DNA of 64,000 bases, from NCBI GenBank assembly GCA_035084275.1, contig CM068759.1, positions 3,224,001 to 3,288,000 of the forward strand, in the 5' to 3' direction. This document shows, piece after piece, positions 12,201 to 25,800 of this stretch (position 1 is its first letter; the number at the start of each line of letters is the position of its first letter). Source of the DNA: Hydrolagus colliei. Lineage: Eukaryota. A program made the position numbers and the translations under genes. The notes below the pieces were generated by a model, which saw nothing but the letters and a program-made list of their open reading frames with translations, made no database searches and was not told where the DNA came from.

Positions 12201-12646
12201 TCAGAGCGCTTAAAGGAGGGTTAGCGGTATGTCAATAAAGAACAAGTGAAGAAATGTGAGATGAAATGAAAGAGTTAAATTCGAATGGTTGGCAATTGCT
12301 CAGCCTTAACTTTAAGGAATTTGTGAATTAAGAAATAAGACACGTCTCCGTCTTGGTTAGACACTCTTTGCTTGTGCCATTTGCGGTCAATTGCCAAGCT
12401 TCAAGACCACAGCACGTGAACTACCACCAGCTTTGACCGTCCACTACACTCAGCCGAGACCAACCTTACCAACTGGTGCGGACAGCAAACCTGCTTTTGA
12501 TATCAATCAGCTTCTAGCCGCCTGGACATCTGGAAGGTATTAGTCAGCAGACCACATCACCAGCCATTGGCACATTATAGTATTTGAGGGTTTTTCAGCC
12601 CAGATTCTTTTGAGAAAAATATCTTCAGAACAGATCGAGCAAATAC

Positions 12647-12876
12647 CTTTAGTACATTGTGCCTTGTGTTTCCCCGTGCTTTCACCAGGAGCTTGACCAC
12701 TGCTTCCCATTTCTTCTGGTCTTGAACATTTCGCGCTGTGACAAAAAACTTCACTTGCTTTGAGGCCACCTGGATCGATCGGGTTGCGTATAAGGTGCCA
12801 TCTGTCTCCACCTTGAAGTCAGGGTCGCTGGTTCCATACTGTATGTCTCGATTCCCATCGCAGTCATTAAATTTCA
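12647..12876 (-). CDS. cdh4: Cadherin-4 (R-cadherin) exon 3, prodomain; internal coding exon, phase 1 to phase 0, 230 nt
   Basis: Minus strand: polypyrimidine tract ...TTTTTTTCTTGTAG|TG AAA TTT (AG at 12878-12877) and donor AAG|GTATTT (GT at 12646-12645). Translates (V)KFNDCDGNRDIQYGTSDPDFKVETDGTLYATRSIQVASKQVKFFVTARNVQDQKKWEAVVKLLVKARGNTRHNVLK. This is closer to CDH4 exon 3 ([29 protein letters not shown]...KWDAVVRLLV) than to CDH2. Confidence 0.92.
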
Positions 12877-15800
12877 CTACAAGAAAAAAATGGGGGTGGA
12901 GGGGGGGAGAAGACAAAAGATTGACTGTGTTGTGATTGGCAACAGACAAAAAAAAAGGCAATCAAATACGACCTGGGGATATTTAAATCCAAGCAATCCA
13001 CCTTCGATCTTCGAATGCCTGTCAAGGAAATGATCCAAACAGCTTTCAGTGAAACACATTCGACCTTTCAGGCAGACTCTTCTATTTTATCTCTGTCCCA
13101 CAAGAGCTATGGCTGGAGGCTTTAATGCATTCAGAATTGTACCATCAATTCATGAAAACAGCCGGTTCCCCCATGTTCCAACTGAGATGAATGCCGAGTG
13201 CAGCTCTCACTCACTGGTCTACTTTATCTTCCCATTCATAAAGAGAGCATGTGCAGCACCCAAGAATTCTGCCATTTGTAGTTCAAGCTGCACTGCTTCC
13301 GGGTACTCTTTGGGCAGTTTTGGTATCAAAGAGGAAACAATGAGACAAGGGACCACAATTCCACTCCAACAAGACTTAAACTTAATTCATTGCTTAGCGA
13401 CGGATGTGACAATTCACCTTTAATCAGGTGAATTGTCAGATTTCATCTACTGGGTCTTTAAGCTGCAATTGTTGGATTACCATTACCAGAGCTTTAATTA
13501 TTGTATTACTGGACTAAAATCTCAAGTGCATTTCCAAATGAAGTTCAATTTGAACCATTTTCCGCTGACAAGACTGGTTGGTAAAAGCGACTGAATGTGT
13601 GAGATAAGAGCACGGTCTCTTGAGTGATGCAATAAAAGTGACCTACAATCACTGACGTCGCTGTGAAGGACTATTGCGCTCTCAGGCCCTAAATGATGTA
13701 ATGAAAGAGAGTAAGATAAACTTAGATTGTAGGAAGCATTGTGCCCCATCTACTGCAGGCGTGAATTGAAGTATGCAGTAATGCATTCAGCGTGCCACGT
13801 CAGGCATTTTAAGGTGCACTTTGATCACTTCTGTACGCCTCTGGGCAACATTTTAGCAATATTGCCCACACAAACAGTCAAGATTTTGCATATTACTGAT
13901 AAAGAAGATCATGCACATTCTGAATAACCTGCATAAATCAAGTCACACAAGCTGTATGCAGCCAGATTACAGGATAGACTGTGGTAAATGCATTAACTCT
14001 ACTTCAAGGAAATAGGCGCGTTTCAAAGAAAAAAAATACTGTTCGTTTTAAAACCTACTGAACGCTAACACCTATATTCAGTTCCATAATGAATCACAAT
14101 TAGGCTGTGATGAAGTCTCAAAAGCCTTCAGGCTCCATTCATTCTGTTAAGCTGTGAAGCTGAAAATTTAGCTTTCAAGCACTATCCCACTTCCGTTACC
14201 TGTGAGTCTAACACTCGTGTCAACTACCCACTGGTGATTTGGATCCAAAATGGCATCAGTCAAATGCACTGTGCTGGAGCGAAAAGGACTGGAGGGCAAA
14301 AATCTGGGTTTGAGTTTCATGAAATGAATGATGCTTAATTATAGAATTCAATTTATTTGTGAGGAAAATCCATTTTGAGTAGTCTCAAGGCTTCACCAGC
14401 CCATCTTCGCAACTCTTCCTAATTTTGCTTTTTTTAATAAAACAAAACCTTGAAACAATCACATTGATGTGGTAGCCAAGGGGTTGAGACACAAGCTTCT
14501 CCCTCCAACTGGTAGCTCCCTGAAGGCTTAATACCTCTTGTGGTTCTCAAGCTCTGTTTGAAGTGCATTTGGCTTTGGGATGTTGCGAGCGTTGGGATTC
14601 AGCAATCTTGCCTTTTCATGTTAAGCATTAGGGCCAAACCATGCAAGGTTGTTGGGTGCATTTATCTCAATCAGTGAAAAGGCCATGTGACAAGCCCACC
14701 ACTTAAGACGAGATCAAAAATCAAAAGCCCAATGTGTGCAATGAATCAAAGCCATGGATAAATAGCCAGCTTTGCAGGTGGATTCTGAAGAAAAGGATCT
14801 TAAAAGAAAGAGGAACTAAAAGACTAGTGAACGTGCCACACAAACTATAGCACATGTCACACTTAATATGTGTGCTTGCAGCCTGCAAACCTGGGTTGCA
14901 AGTCACTTTTCACTCGGATGCCGCATCTGGTGTACAAAGTGTGTAATCATTTCTATGGGTTACACAGGAGCTAGAGATGGGAATGGAGATGAGAGAGGCA
15001 CGGTGAGATTTTATTTGGATTTGTAGTCAGTCGAGCCAATGAACTGCATTTACACACCAACAATGGATGTGCGTCCGTATAGTGTCTTTCCAAACTAGAG
15101 AATTGAAATATCAACTAAGCTAAGCCTGTCAATATCTCTGGGTTCATTTAATTGAAGGTAGGAGGCAGGCACCCCATCTGTTTACTGGGCAAAATGGGAT
15201 GGGGCCGCAATTAAGTATTGTCAGTGATAAATATCACATTGCGGAACTTTGCAGTTCTTAAAATGCTCAACATTTTGCTCAACACCCCTGCCTTTGCCAT
15301 AACGGTTTGACTCAAAGCTTGAGGAGCAGGTAGTGATCAAAGGCCAGGGCACAGCATGTTAGCCCAACTCACTGTGCCGAAGTCTGGGCGGGGGACGGTT
15401 TCACACCTGAAGCCAGTGTACAATCGGAACCATTTCTGAATGCAACGTTTATTGTTTTTCCCTTTGGTCCCAGGGGCTGCCCACTATTTTGGTCTCCTAT
15501 GGCCTGTGGAGCTGCTTCGCCGACTGACATGGGTTCTGGACTGACATGAGTTATGGATTCTGCAGACGGTGGGCATAGAAAGAAACCTGCAGCTCAGCAC
15601 TTTGGGACCAGGCTGGATATCGATCGGCCTGAGCCATGAATAGTCAGCACCAGCTGTAAATATAGGAAAAGGCAACCGTTCCAGGCTCAATTACCTGCCA
15701 ATCTGCATCCAAATCAATCTTTATTGTTAATGTGGTCTAATAGCCTATAGATATCAGTGGATCCCATAACAAATCTTCAGAATCACCAGGGCTTTGCGTC

Positions 15801-17836
15801 TCGGCAAAAGCATTTCCCATCCTTTTAATGGTAAGAAACGAGTGGTTTCAGCATTAACAGCTGCTGTGCAGAAATCCTTAAAGATTCCAGTGCCAGCAGC
15901 ATAGGAAAGGGAGAGAATGTTCAACACTGCAACAAGACATGAATCTGGCCAACATTACATCGCAGTTTGCCAAATCTCATTTGATAGATTTTTAAAAAAA
16001 AACTTTTTTGCCTCCACATCTAATACATTTTATTTGGATTTGAGGCAGTCAGCCCAGCTAAGTGGACGATATTTGCACAATGGATGTGTCAATGACGCAT
16101 GTATGGATTAACATTAGTAAATACATATTCATAGTTCTGAACACCTCTTGTTATGCGAGTCTTTTTCATGTGTTGGTCTGTCAATTTTATTTCACGAAAG
16201 TGTCTGCTTGCATTTAATTCTTTCATGTTGGATTCACTCTGTTTAATATGTTCTCTAGCCCCATGTGTATGCACTGCAAATGAATGCAGAAATGCAAACT
16301 GTAATTTTTTTTGCTCACATAGAGATTTCATCTGGTACCAACTAAATCATGGGAAGAGAAAAAAATACTGCAGTTTAGTTAATGTTACACACACACACAC
16401 CAAAGGGAACACAATGCTATTTTGGCTGACTGCCTCTTTTTATACCCGACCCAATGACCTTGGATAGCTGTGTTCTGATTTCCAATTATCCTCCTATGGG
16501 CATTGCAGCACCCTTGATGCAAGCACAAGGGAAGAGGAGTTTCGAGAAGACAGCGAAGTAACATTTTTATGTGGCAAAAACATGATGGACCGTACATGTA
16601 CCAGGAAAAGTGGAGGTTACAGGGTTATTCAGCTTTCTCTGTAAGATTTCGCTGTGAAATAGAAAGTTATCTACGTGATCTTGATCGCTAAAAGCAGACT
16701 GTTCCTACTCGTTATTGATCACGCTGAGTACGAGTTTATCCACTGCAAGATAATAGTCTGGTTTGTCGAGGAGCAGCAGTTGTTCCCCAGCTATCAGAGG
16801 ATACGAACAGGGACAGAGAATGCACTACGCTTCTGTTGTTTGCTTTTCGCTTAGGAAGTGAGGAATCAATGCCATTTCCTAACTGGTTACAAGTGGTTAA
16901 TATCCAGTTCATTCCACCCCGGAGAAATGTGCATCCTAATTCCCACGCACATTTCCAAATTTCATAGATTATTCTTTAAACAAATGATTGAAGTAAAAAA
17001 AAACAATCACACTGCTTCTCAAGGCCACCACCTCGCCCGACAGAAACACCACACACTACATAGTACTGTACAAGGTTTCATTAATCAGTTAAAAAAAAAG
17101 ACCATTCTATTTGGAAAGTCAACTACACACCGCTTCAATGAATTTCAAATGCAGTCCGGTTGATACCAACAGTAAAATAATAGTTGCTCTGGCTCATATA
17201 GCAAACTTGCTGCCAGTTTATAGACCATTTTTTCTTTTCAAATGAGCTATTTTATTATTTTTACATTTTATTTTCAAGCTACTCTTGCATGATTGTCAAC
17301 TGATTCCTATTTGAGGCTTTGTTTACATACACCAAGATTTTTTTTTCTTCCGACTGCCTCTTCCTGGATTGAGACGGTTGTATGCTGCGGATCCTCTTTG
17401 ACTGCACCAGCATATGTTATTTGATTTTTTATCATTTTGAAATGCTACAGTCCAGTGGTCCCCTTCAGTTGGCCAAGCAGCTTATCTCTTTTTAGATCTG
17501 GGGCATATTTGACAGTGTCTGGGATTTGAACCAGTTCACAGCACAGTGCAAATATGTGCTGCATCACAGAACTGACCTTGCTCACTGTGAAATCTGATTG
17601 AACAACGTCCTCTGTTTTCAAACCATCAAGAGCTATTAAGCTCAATTAAACATACCTTGATGTGGTGCTAATGCAGCCGACATCTCATACTGAAATCAGT
17701 AGGGCAGAGGTTGCAAAAGCGTAGCTCAGTGTTTTGGAACACAAGCTCTGAATTGCTGAAAGATATTCAACCAAAACAATTAAATAAACACAATCTAGAT
17801 TTCAACCACACTGTTGGGAAATTGAAAAACCCCCAC

Positions 17837-18048
17837 AAAATACTGCAGATGCTGGAAATCTGAAACAAAAACAGAAGTCACTGGGAACACTCAGCCGGTC
17901 AGGCAGCAGCGTCTATGGAGAAAGGAAAAGTGAGCCAACGTTTCAGGTCCATGACTCTTCTGACGAAGGGTCGTGGATCTGAAACCTTGACTCACTTTTC
18001 CTTTCTCCATAGATGCTGCCTGATCTGTTGAGTGTTCCCAATGACTTC
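17837..18048. mobile_element. Palindromic non-autonomous Penelope-type element with a hammerhead-like core
   Basis: Inverted arms 17874-17960 and 17965-18048 with a 4-nt loop. TACTGCAGATGCTGGAAATCTGAAAC...CTCAGCCGGTCAGGCAGCA is the typical chondrichthyan Penelope-type terminal repeat. CTGACGA-stem-GAAAC at 17960-17985. Confidence 0.7.
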
Positions 18049-18119
18049 CATTGGGAAATTGTACTGGTTTTGTCCTCCAGTTCTGGGGCGAGGGGTGTGG
18101 GGGGTGGTGTGGGGGGGGG

Positions 18120-18245
18120 TGTTGTGTTGTCGGAGGTGTTGTCCTTCAGATGAAATGCTAAACCGAGGTCCCAACTGTCTGTTCAGGTGGATGTTAAGGA
18201 ACTCATGACACTGTTCAAAAAAGAAAGGAATTTCCTAGAGGGTCC
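18120..18245 (+). mobile_element. DeuSINE central fragment
   Basis: TGTCGGAGGTGTTGTCCTTCAGATGAAATGCTAAACCGAGGTCCC...TTCAGGTGGATGTTAAGG. Confidence 0.7.
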
Positions 18246-19299
18246 TTTCTCACAGACTCTCTTCCACTGTCTATTGATGAGCCACAATACAGTTTCTGGC
18301 CCATTCAAATGAGCAAATAATAAAAGTAAATACAGAACAAGAGAAATCCATCACCACATCAATATTGCTTCTACTGTCATGCCCAATGTGGAATCCATCC
18401 CACAGAGGATTGGAGAGCAGATTTCACAACATTGACAAATCAGGTAACTCGGAGCCACTTATCCAGCTGAAGTGTCTTCGACAATATAAGTGTGATATGA
18501 AGGACAACTTGCAGTCTTATTCTTTAATCATCCTACCTGTCACCTACATCTTACTCTATTCCCTCCGTGCCATTGTCACTTAAGTAATCAATAGGTAGTT
18601 TGGAGTGTATTTCGAATAAATGTCTTTCAATAATCAGATTTCAATTGTTTCCATCAGGAGAGAAAGTGCTAAAAGTTCCTTAAACAGCAACTCAGCCAGA
18701 TATTCTTATTGCGTTTTATCCCGAGGACTGAGGACCAACTTGAAAGCGATGTCATCCTTGGGCTCCATTCTCTTTGAATTTCTCCATTGTCAATATACAT
18801 TTCGGTGTTGCCCTATCTGATCATATCAAACGCTTGGGAGTGAAAGGCAAAAGTTGGAAAAGATTTTTTAAAAACCCCTGAAATAAACGATTTCCGCAGG
18901 GAAGAACCTCCTGCTGGATTTCAGAGGTGGTGGGGACGGAGGGGGATAGAGAAGGGAGAGAAAGATTAAGACATCAGAAGTCTCCCACAGATAATGTAAA
19001 GCATGCCCATGGGGTGTCGAATAAAAGTGTGGCCTTTTCATAACTTGTATCAATAACAAAGCACTGGAAATATTAATTCGAGCAAGCGAGGTAACCTCTA
19101 GAAATTAAAATCTAAGAAGGTATTTTTTTCCCCACCAATTCTCTGTGATGCATTCGTCAGGTACCAGTGCTTGCTCACTCACCACACTCCATTTCAAGCC
19201 TCATACATCCCATTAGATAGCTTTGAGGTCTATTTTTGTTATTAACTCGTTCCTTCACAAGGGTAAAGTCGCTGAGTATATTTGGTGACTGTATCATTG

Positions 19300-19515
19300 A
19301 AAACAGTGCCAGGAAGCATTTCTTCACATAGAGGTTGTGAAGCTGTGCAATGCTCTACTCCAGAAAGAGATGGAACCAATCGGGTTGTTTAAGAGAAAGA
19401 GAGACACAGATAGTGAAGGTATTCAAGAGAGATATTGGGAATGAAAAATATGCCAAGATGCAATACAATTGATAAGAGAAAGTTCAATGGGGGTGAATGA
19501 CCTTCTTCTGTTTCC
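19300..19515 (+). mobile_element. CR1 LINE 3' fragment
   Basis: AGGAAGCATTTCTTCACATAGAGGTTGTG (RKHFFT.RVV-like)...AATGGGGGTGAATGACCTTCTTCTGTT tail. Confidence 0.6.
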
Positions 19516-19628
19516 ATTATCCAACAACAACCATGTTTTACAGTATTTATGAACTCTAATTTTTAACCTAGAATGAAATCTAATTACACTAAATCTAATA
19601 GAATGTTATTACGCCAAGGCCTTTTGTT

Positions 19629-19676
19629 TATACGCGTGTGTGTGTGTGTGTGTGCGTGTGTGTGTGCGTGCGCGTG
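19629..19676. repeat. (TG/CG)n alternating purine-pyrimidine microsatellite
   Basis: TATACGCGTGTGTG...GCGTGCGCGTG, 48 nt of uninterrupted alternation. Confidence 0.9.
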
Positions 19677-22532
19677 AGGGGGGTAAAGAGAAATCCTTTT
19701 ATTTAGTAAAATAATATCAGTCATGTTCAACCCAGTGAAGAATTTGAAGTTACGGAATTTGAGGAGGCCAGATAATTGAGTGAAAATGCAATGCATGGAG
19801 AGCCCCGATGTCTTCCATGGAACTAAATTATAGGTGGAAATTTCTCATAAAAGTAAAACACATTTGCTATGATATACAAGCTTGGCCAACAGATACAATA
19901 TGTTACCATTTGATTAGTTTGCAGCCCACAGTGTTTCTGCCTCTTGCAGTATTCCCTCCCTCTCCCACCTCCCAGTGGGTAGGTGACAACTCAACATCCA
20001 TTCATAGCCCTCATTACTTGGTCTATCACCATATTAATCCCCCACATAACTAGCAGCAGGGGGAAGCTGCTTTATGGCACCAGCTACCCATTCATCTTCA
20101 AACACCAGCTGGTTACTTTAAACCTAAAAGAAACTCTTATCCTGTTAACCAAATGGGAAATGCACACAATTAGTAAGAACAAATGCACTGTAATCCCATC
20201 CGATTTCCGTCCCCCCCACCAAAAAATACTGTGCTCATTTGGAAAATCAACACAATGAAAATAGTTTGCATTTTCAGCCTGTATGGATATTATAAAGACA
20301 CCCAGAAGGCAGTAAATATATTGGTAGCCATGGAAATTGGCTTTGTTGAGCAATGTTCGTTTTCCATGTGTATTACAGTATAAGCAGTGAAGATCTTTTC
20401 TGCACTCCGCTCAGATGGCACTTTTTGCAGTGATTTAGCTTGAAAGGTTGTATAAATTGGGTTGAGCAATGCGATTCGGAAGCCCCACTACAACAACAAC
20501 AAATGCACACTTGTAAAGTGCCTTTCAGGTCAGGAGACACTACTGAGGCACAGGTGGAATTGGTGAGAAATTCAATTCACTCCATAGTGGTCTGATCAAA
20601 GTGAGTGTGAATGAACGTCCCATGAAAAATCCTACAGTTTTCAAGGGACTTTTAAAAATGTTATTGATGGGCTTGCAATGCCTCCTTGCTAATATTAAAA
20701 CATTTGCAGCCAATTTCAGAACACTGTTGATTGTTGAACAGTGAGATGAAGAGTAAGAGCTTCATCAGGCTTCTTGTGCCTCATCACTTACTCCTGGAAG
20801 CAACATCACTTTACTTCTAGCTTTCTACAAAAGCGTTATGTATAGTCAGTGTGACCTCAATATATACTGTTTGGAGTTCAGAGATCTTAAGTCAGGTTTA
20901 CCCTCACTAGTGTATCTGAAGCCTTTCTTTATGACTTATAACTCGAGAGGTAATAGGCTAGGTTCAGGAATGACTGCCTACTGCAAGATCAGCCACTCTA
21001 AGGGAGTGATCGTGGATCAACTTAAAATAAACATAGGTTACAGTGTGAGAAATAACAAGATTGAATAATTGTTATATCGGAAACACCAAAATAACCGTCT
21101 GAAACATTTTCCTGGCAGAATATTTTTCAGTACTCTGCCACTAATGACTTACAGACTGGGTTTTGTGAATAAAAATGGTAAAACAAAGTTAACAAACTGA
21201 GTGAAGACTCATAATGCATTTTTGGAACTTGTATTGCTTACATGTTGCAGGGTTTCCCTCCCACCCGCCCTACCGCCTTATATTTATATATAAGAAAGGA
21301 TCTGACCTTGCGTGCACACAAAGACACATGATATCAAAGTGGAATAGAAGAATAAAGAGCACAACTGATGATGCCATGGAAAACTCATCCCTAGAGAATC
21401 TGGCTAATCTTTAACTGCTGACAGCAGCAATTTCTGTTGAACATGCAATTTAGTCTGAGTAAGACAACTACAGAACGAGAACTGCTCTTTACATAAAGCC
21501 ACTTTAAGCCAGTGCAATTGTTGACGCTTGCAACCGATCTGCAGGATAACAATAAATTTACTTTAAGATGTTAAATCTGTTGGTGATAAAACAAAACCCA
21601 CATTTTTTTTAAGACTCTGTCGCTTCCAATCGTGTGACTCCAGCTTTGCACTGGATAGTTTTATTTCACACAAGGAGAAGACAGTATTCAAAATATAGAT
21701 CCTGATCAGAGTCCTACAAATTAGGCTTGCAAGCTCCCTTCAGCACAACATACACACAGCACAAAGTATTTACCCTTTGTTTTGAGTTCCAACCAGCGTT
21801 CGAAAGGCTATTGTTTGACGATACTTCCCCAATTCCGTTGCAAATGCCACAGCCCTATAATTCTGCGATGGCACAATATTTCACAGCTGAGCATTCAGAC
21901 TAGATTCTGCCCCTAATTAATTGTATCCCTCCTATAAAGGTTACAGTGTGGTTTCACAAATACCAGTAGCCTTTAAGCATCCCGTTCAAGTCACTGTTCT
22001 TCAGATATGAGAGCCAGGCAGGTTTTCCAATAGTGCAGACCTGTCAGAGAAACTCTCCTGACCCTCACCCACAATCACTCCTGACTCCGTAACTAGATAA
22101 ACTTTTCTCATCCTTAGGTCGTGGAAGTTTATCCATCACGACATATTAACGATAGCATCCTTTACATCGTGGCGGAAGATAATTTCCAAAGGCATTTTTT
22201 ATAGTGCTTCCCCAACCAATTTAGGAAACACAAGGATCAAATCTAAGGACTTCCTACTCTATGTGGCTGTGTGTCACAGCAAATGTAGTACTTACACCTC
22301 ATCATTATGTACAGCGGCTTAGGGAGGATATTTATGCCTTTAAAATGTTACAATCCACAACTCTCTGATTGGGAATTCTTTTATTTTAATATAACGTGAA
22401 ATAAAGCATTTATGTTTTGCAAGATTTAACTATTTTTTAATGTAATATTAACATGATTTCAACATAGGGGTAGCAGCTTTTCTTTTCTCCTTCAACCCCT
22501 CCCCACACTCCCTGTCTGCCCGCTCCAGAAGT

Positions 22533-22858
22533 ATAATAATAATAATCCTTGAATTTGATATAGCGCTTTTCACATCTTCTAAACGTCTTGAAGCGCTTCA
22601 CAGAATATAATGTAATGTGAATTGTCTGTATATTTGTGGGAGATGCGCAGCAGGCAATTGTGCACAGCAGTGTCACACAAACAGTCGTGGATTGAAATGA
22701 CCAATTTTATTATTGTGTTTTTTTTGGGGGGACGGATTATTATTAGGTGTGTGGAGTAAGGAAACTTACCCAAGGTTTCGCCCTGATCTGCCTGGATTCG
22801 AACACGGGTCTCACACTTGTAAGGCGAGTGCTCTAATCACTGAGCTACAGGAGCTCCA
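22533..22858 (-). mobile_element. Full-length Deu-domain tRNA-SINE (SINE2-1_CM-like) with candidate TSD AAGTATA
   Basis: Minus strand: TGGAGCTCCTGTAGCTCAGTGATTAGAGCAC (A box), GTTCGAATCC (B box), Deu core, L2-type tail and (ATT)n. AAGTATA at 22529-22535 and 22860-22866. Confidence 0.9.
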
Positions 22859-25800
22859 CAAGTATAGGTGTATTTAAAGCAAACAGATCATTTTCTGCAT
22901 AGCTACTTTTCAGAGGAGGTGGGCTATTCAAATGAAAGGTGGGTTTGCTTTTGGTGCAAAAGCTACATTACTGATATTTTCAATTATTCTGAGGTGTCCA
23001 TTGTAGACAGAAACACCTCCGTAAAACGGACTGATTTTGCATTCTTGATCAGTCAAGCGAGAATCTCTACATAATACTACATTGAAGAATGCAGCCTCAA
23101 GTCTCAAATTCAACACAAACAGATCCTACATACAAAAAGCATTCTCCCCACCACTCTCTCTCTCTCTATCCATAGACTCACGTTCAGATCAAGGTCCATC
23201 AAACTCAAAATGCAATACACAGGGACAGTTTTTCATGCTGCAGGATTTACTTTTCTCTTTAGATTTCTAAAACACAATTCACTCTATAGCCATTATGTGG
23301 TTCTCTAGGAGTACCTGCATTTTTTCTGCACAAAATTCTCCCTCGGATGCTCAGATTTATTCCAATAATGTCCCAAAGATATATTTTACAGTTTCTTCCC
23401 AGGCATATCAAATCTCCTACACTGAGCATCTAGTCACGCTTCATGAAACAGTAGCACTAATAGGGGAGTTGCAGTGTTGTTATTTTCCCCCCCGCTGCAG
23501 TCGTTTCTAATTCGAAGATTCATAATAAGATCTCTCAACAGGAAAAGTTGCAGTGAGCGAGTGGACGGAACGTACAGACTGTATCCATGATGCTTAATTG
23601 CTACCCACTGGAGCTGGATAGATGAGTTCCATTTAACCATCCAGTTGGTATATAAGAATGATCATTTCTCCCACCTACAACTGTGATACAAGTTTCAGTG
23701 CAGCTGCTACCTCCAGATTTCACTGTTCTGAGCCAATCGTACACAAAATTACCACAGGGATCCCAAGTTACAGCGGTTCTTTTGAAAGGAAAATGATTTG
23801 CTCTTAGACTGAATTTATACGAGCGCAAATTTAACAACTATTTAATAGCTTGAATATAGAAGGCCGGTTTGTGGTTGGAATAGGAACCGGTCTGTGAAAT
23901 TTGTTTCACAGACCATAGGTAAATGTCATGAGAAGAGACATCTGTAATTTCCTGTGTGAGCTTGACATGCTTAGCACACTTCACAAATTTTGCACACAGG
24001 TTCCTAACCCAACCTGCAAATTAGACACCAGAGTAGAGCATCAATGACAATAAAGGAACATCTCAAAATGTTCAACGGTGGGAGTAGTGGACATTGAGCA
24101 AGTATGGAGGGGAAATCACAGCAAAAGTAGATGGGTCTTCAGGTGACGTTAAAAAGGCAGAGAGAGTGAAGCAGAAAGAGGTGATGGATTGGAAAAGTTA
24201 AAGTGGAGAATCACCAAATAGTAACACCTGTATAATTCACCAAATACCTTACCTGGGTGGCTTGTACATTGCACTCTAGGACTCTTGAAGCATCAAGGAA
24301 CCAACACGGAAAATGTGATGTTGCTCGTGTATTTCTGTGCGCAACTGCCTGATCAAAATTTTAGAACACAATTAAAAAGTAGCGGGAACCCAATGTTCTC
24401 AGATGCTGAGTGCCACATCACTCAAAAGGTCCATCTGGACTGTTAGCACATACAATTGCGACTCATCCACCAATTATCCCTGCTGTTCCAATCAGTATTG
24501 TATCCTCTGTTGCTACTGGCTCAGTACCTGGACCCATCTGTCAATTAGTAAAATAATCCCTGATGAAATTCCAACCACTGGTTCAGTCAAGTCACGAGTA
24601 TAAAGGTCAATTTGAAAAACATTGATCTTCACCTGCCCATCGCCCAATATCTGTATTATTCTCTCCGGTTGCTTCTTCAAAAATGCATGTCTATATAATG
24701 CAGAAATCTCTATTACTGACATTCTGAATAATCTGACTACAAGATTACATGAAAACCTCTCGGGCGGTTCAGATCCAAATTGTGATTTTTCCATTGAATC
24801 TACTGATGAACATACGGTTTATTTAAAAACACAAGGTGGTAAACCTTTTTTTAAATCTGAAATATACATACTGTACTATGAACATAGGGGAAAAATCGGA
24901 ATATGTGTCACCTATTCCATTTATACTGGAATGGTAGTGAACCACAGCTAAATTCATAGCAATCAACTGTTCACTATGAACAGACAGCAGCACACATTTA
25001 CATTATGCTTCAACCCAATATAATGAGATTTTGAAGGTGATCCAGGAACATTAATTCCCTATTATCTGCACCTGAGTAATTGAATCCAAAGCTATTGCAA
25101 CCAAATCTGTAATTTTGTCCAGCGTCCAACATCCAGTGAAAGGAACTGAAAAGAGGGGACGAGGGAAGATTAGAGGAGGGGAAAAAAATGGCAAAAAGAA
25201 TAGTTATAATAGGGTTGTTTTGTTTTATGAAGCAAATTGATTGCAAAGGAGTTTGTGCAATATAGCTCCACTTGCAAACTTTCTCCAAATTGTCCCTGTA
25301 GGTGCATAAAATACTGTAATGCAATTTTACGAAACAATTATTATTTTTTACCAGCAAAACTGAATTATAATTTCAACACTACTATTGTCATGTTTCCCAC
25401 AAGTTCACAAAATACACCCAAAGGTAGGGCCTAACCTACGGCAGTTTATTTTACACAGTGGAACATTAGGAGCAGAATTACCCCCTCAATACATTGTCTT
25501 CGAAGCATTGAGCTCGACTAAGAAAACAAATCAATCTGTTTTGCCACCTCATCCAACACAAATGGAAAGACTGATAAATAACCGCTGAAATGGTGTAAAT
25601 ACTACCAGAGATCCCACACCATCCTAGATTGATATCTTATTTTACACTTCAATCAAGCCAAAATTAAACTGCTAAAGCATTTCCTTTTGCTGCATTATTT
25701 GGAACAGAGTGAAATGGACAAATTAATGTAAAAGATTAATGAGTCGCACAAACTGAAAAGTAATTTGCAAACCTTTTGTTAATAAAGGCCATTAAATAAG

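Larger units (their letters stand above)
7864..12646 (-). other. cdh4: cdh4 intron 3 (~4.8 kb, GT-AG)
   Basis: Bounded by the exon 3 donor and the exon 4 acceptor, with matching phase 0. Confidence 0.9.

Noticed and set aside
12340-12570. LF-SINE-like element next to the exon 3 donor
   Set aside because: Only short motif resemblance (GGTCTC...TAGTGGAC) to my recollection of LF-SINE; too weak without an alignment.
12575-12961. 128-aa ORF as a standalone gene
   Set aside because: Only 12647-12876 is cadherin-like. The flanks are intronic read-through past canonical splice sites.
22780-22858. tRNA gene (also 52342-52395, 62423-62490 and 51171-51233)
   Set aside because: A and B boxes are present, but these are SINE heads without a complete cloverleaf.
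24240-24260. Strong minus-strand donors (CAG|GTAAGG here and at ~45815) as alternative cdh4 first exons
   Set aside because: No supporting promoter, CpG island or coding signal. Such motifs arise by chance in a 50-kb intron.
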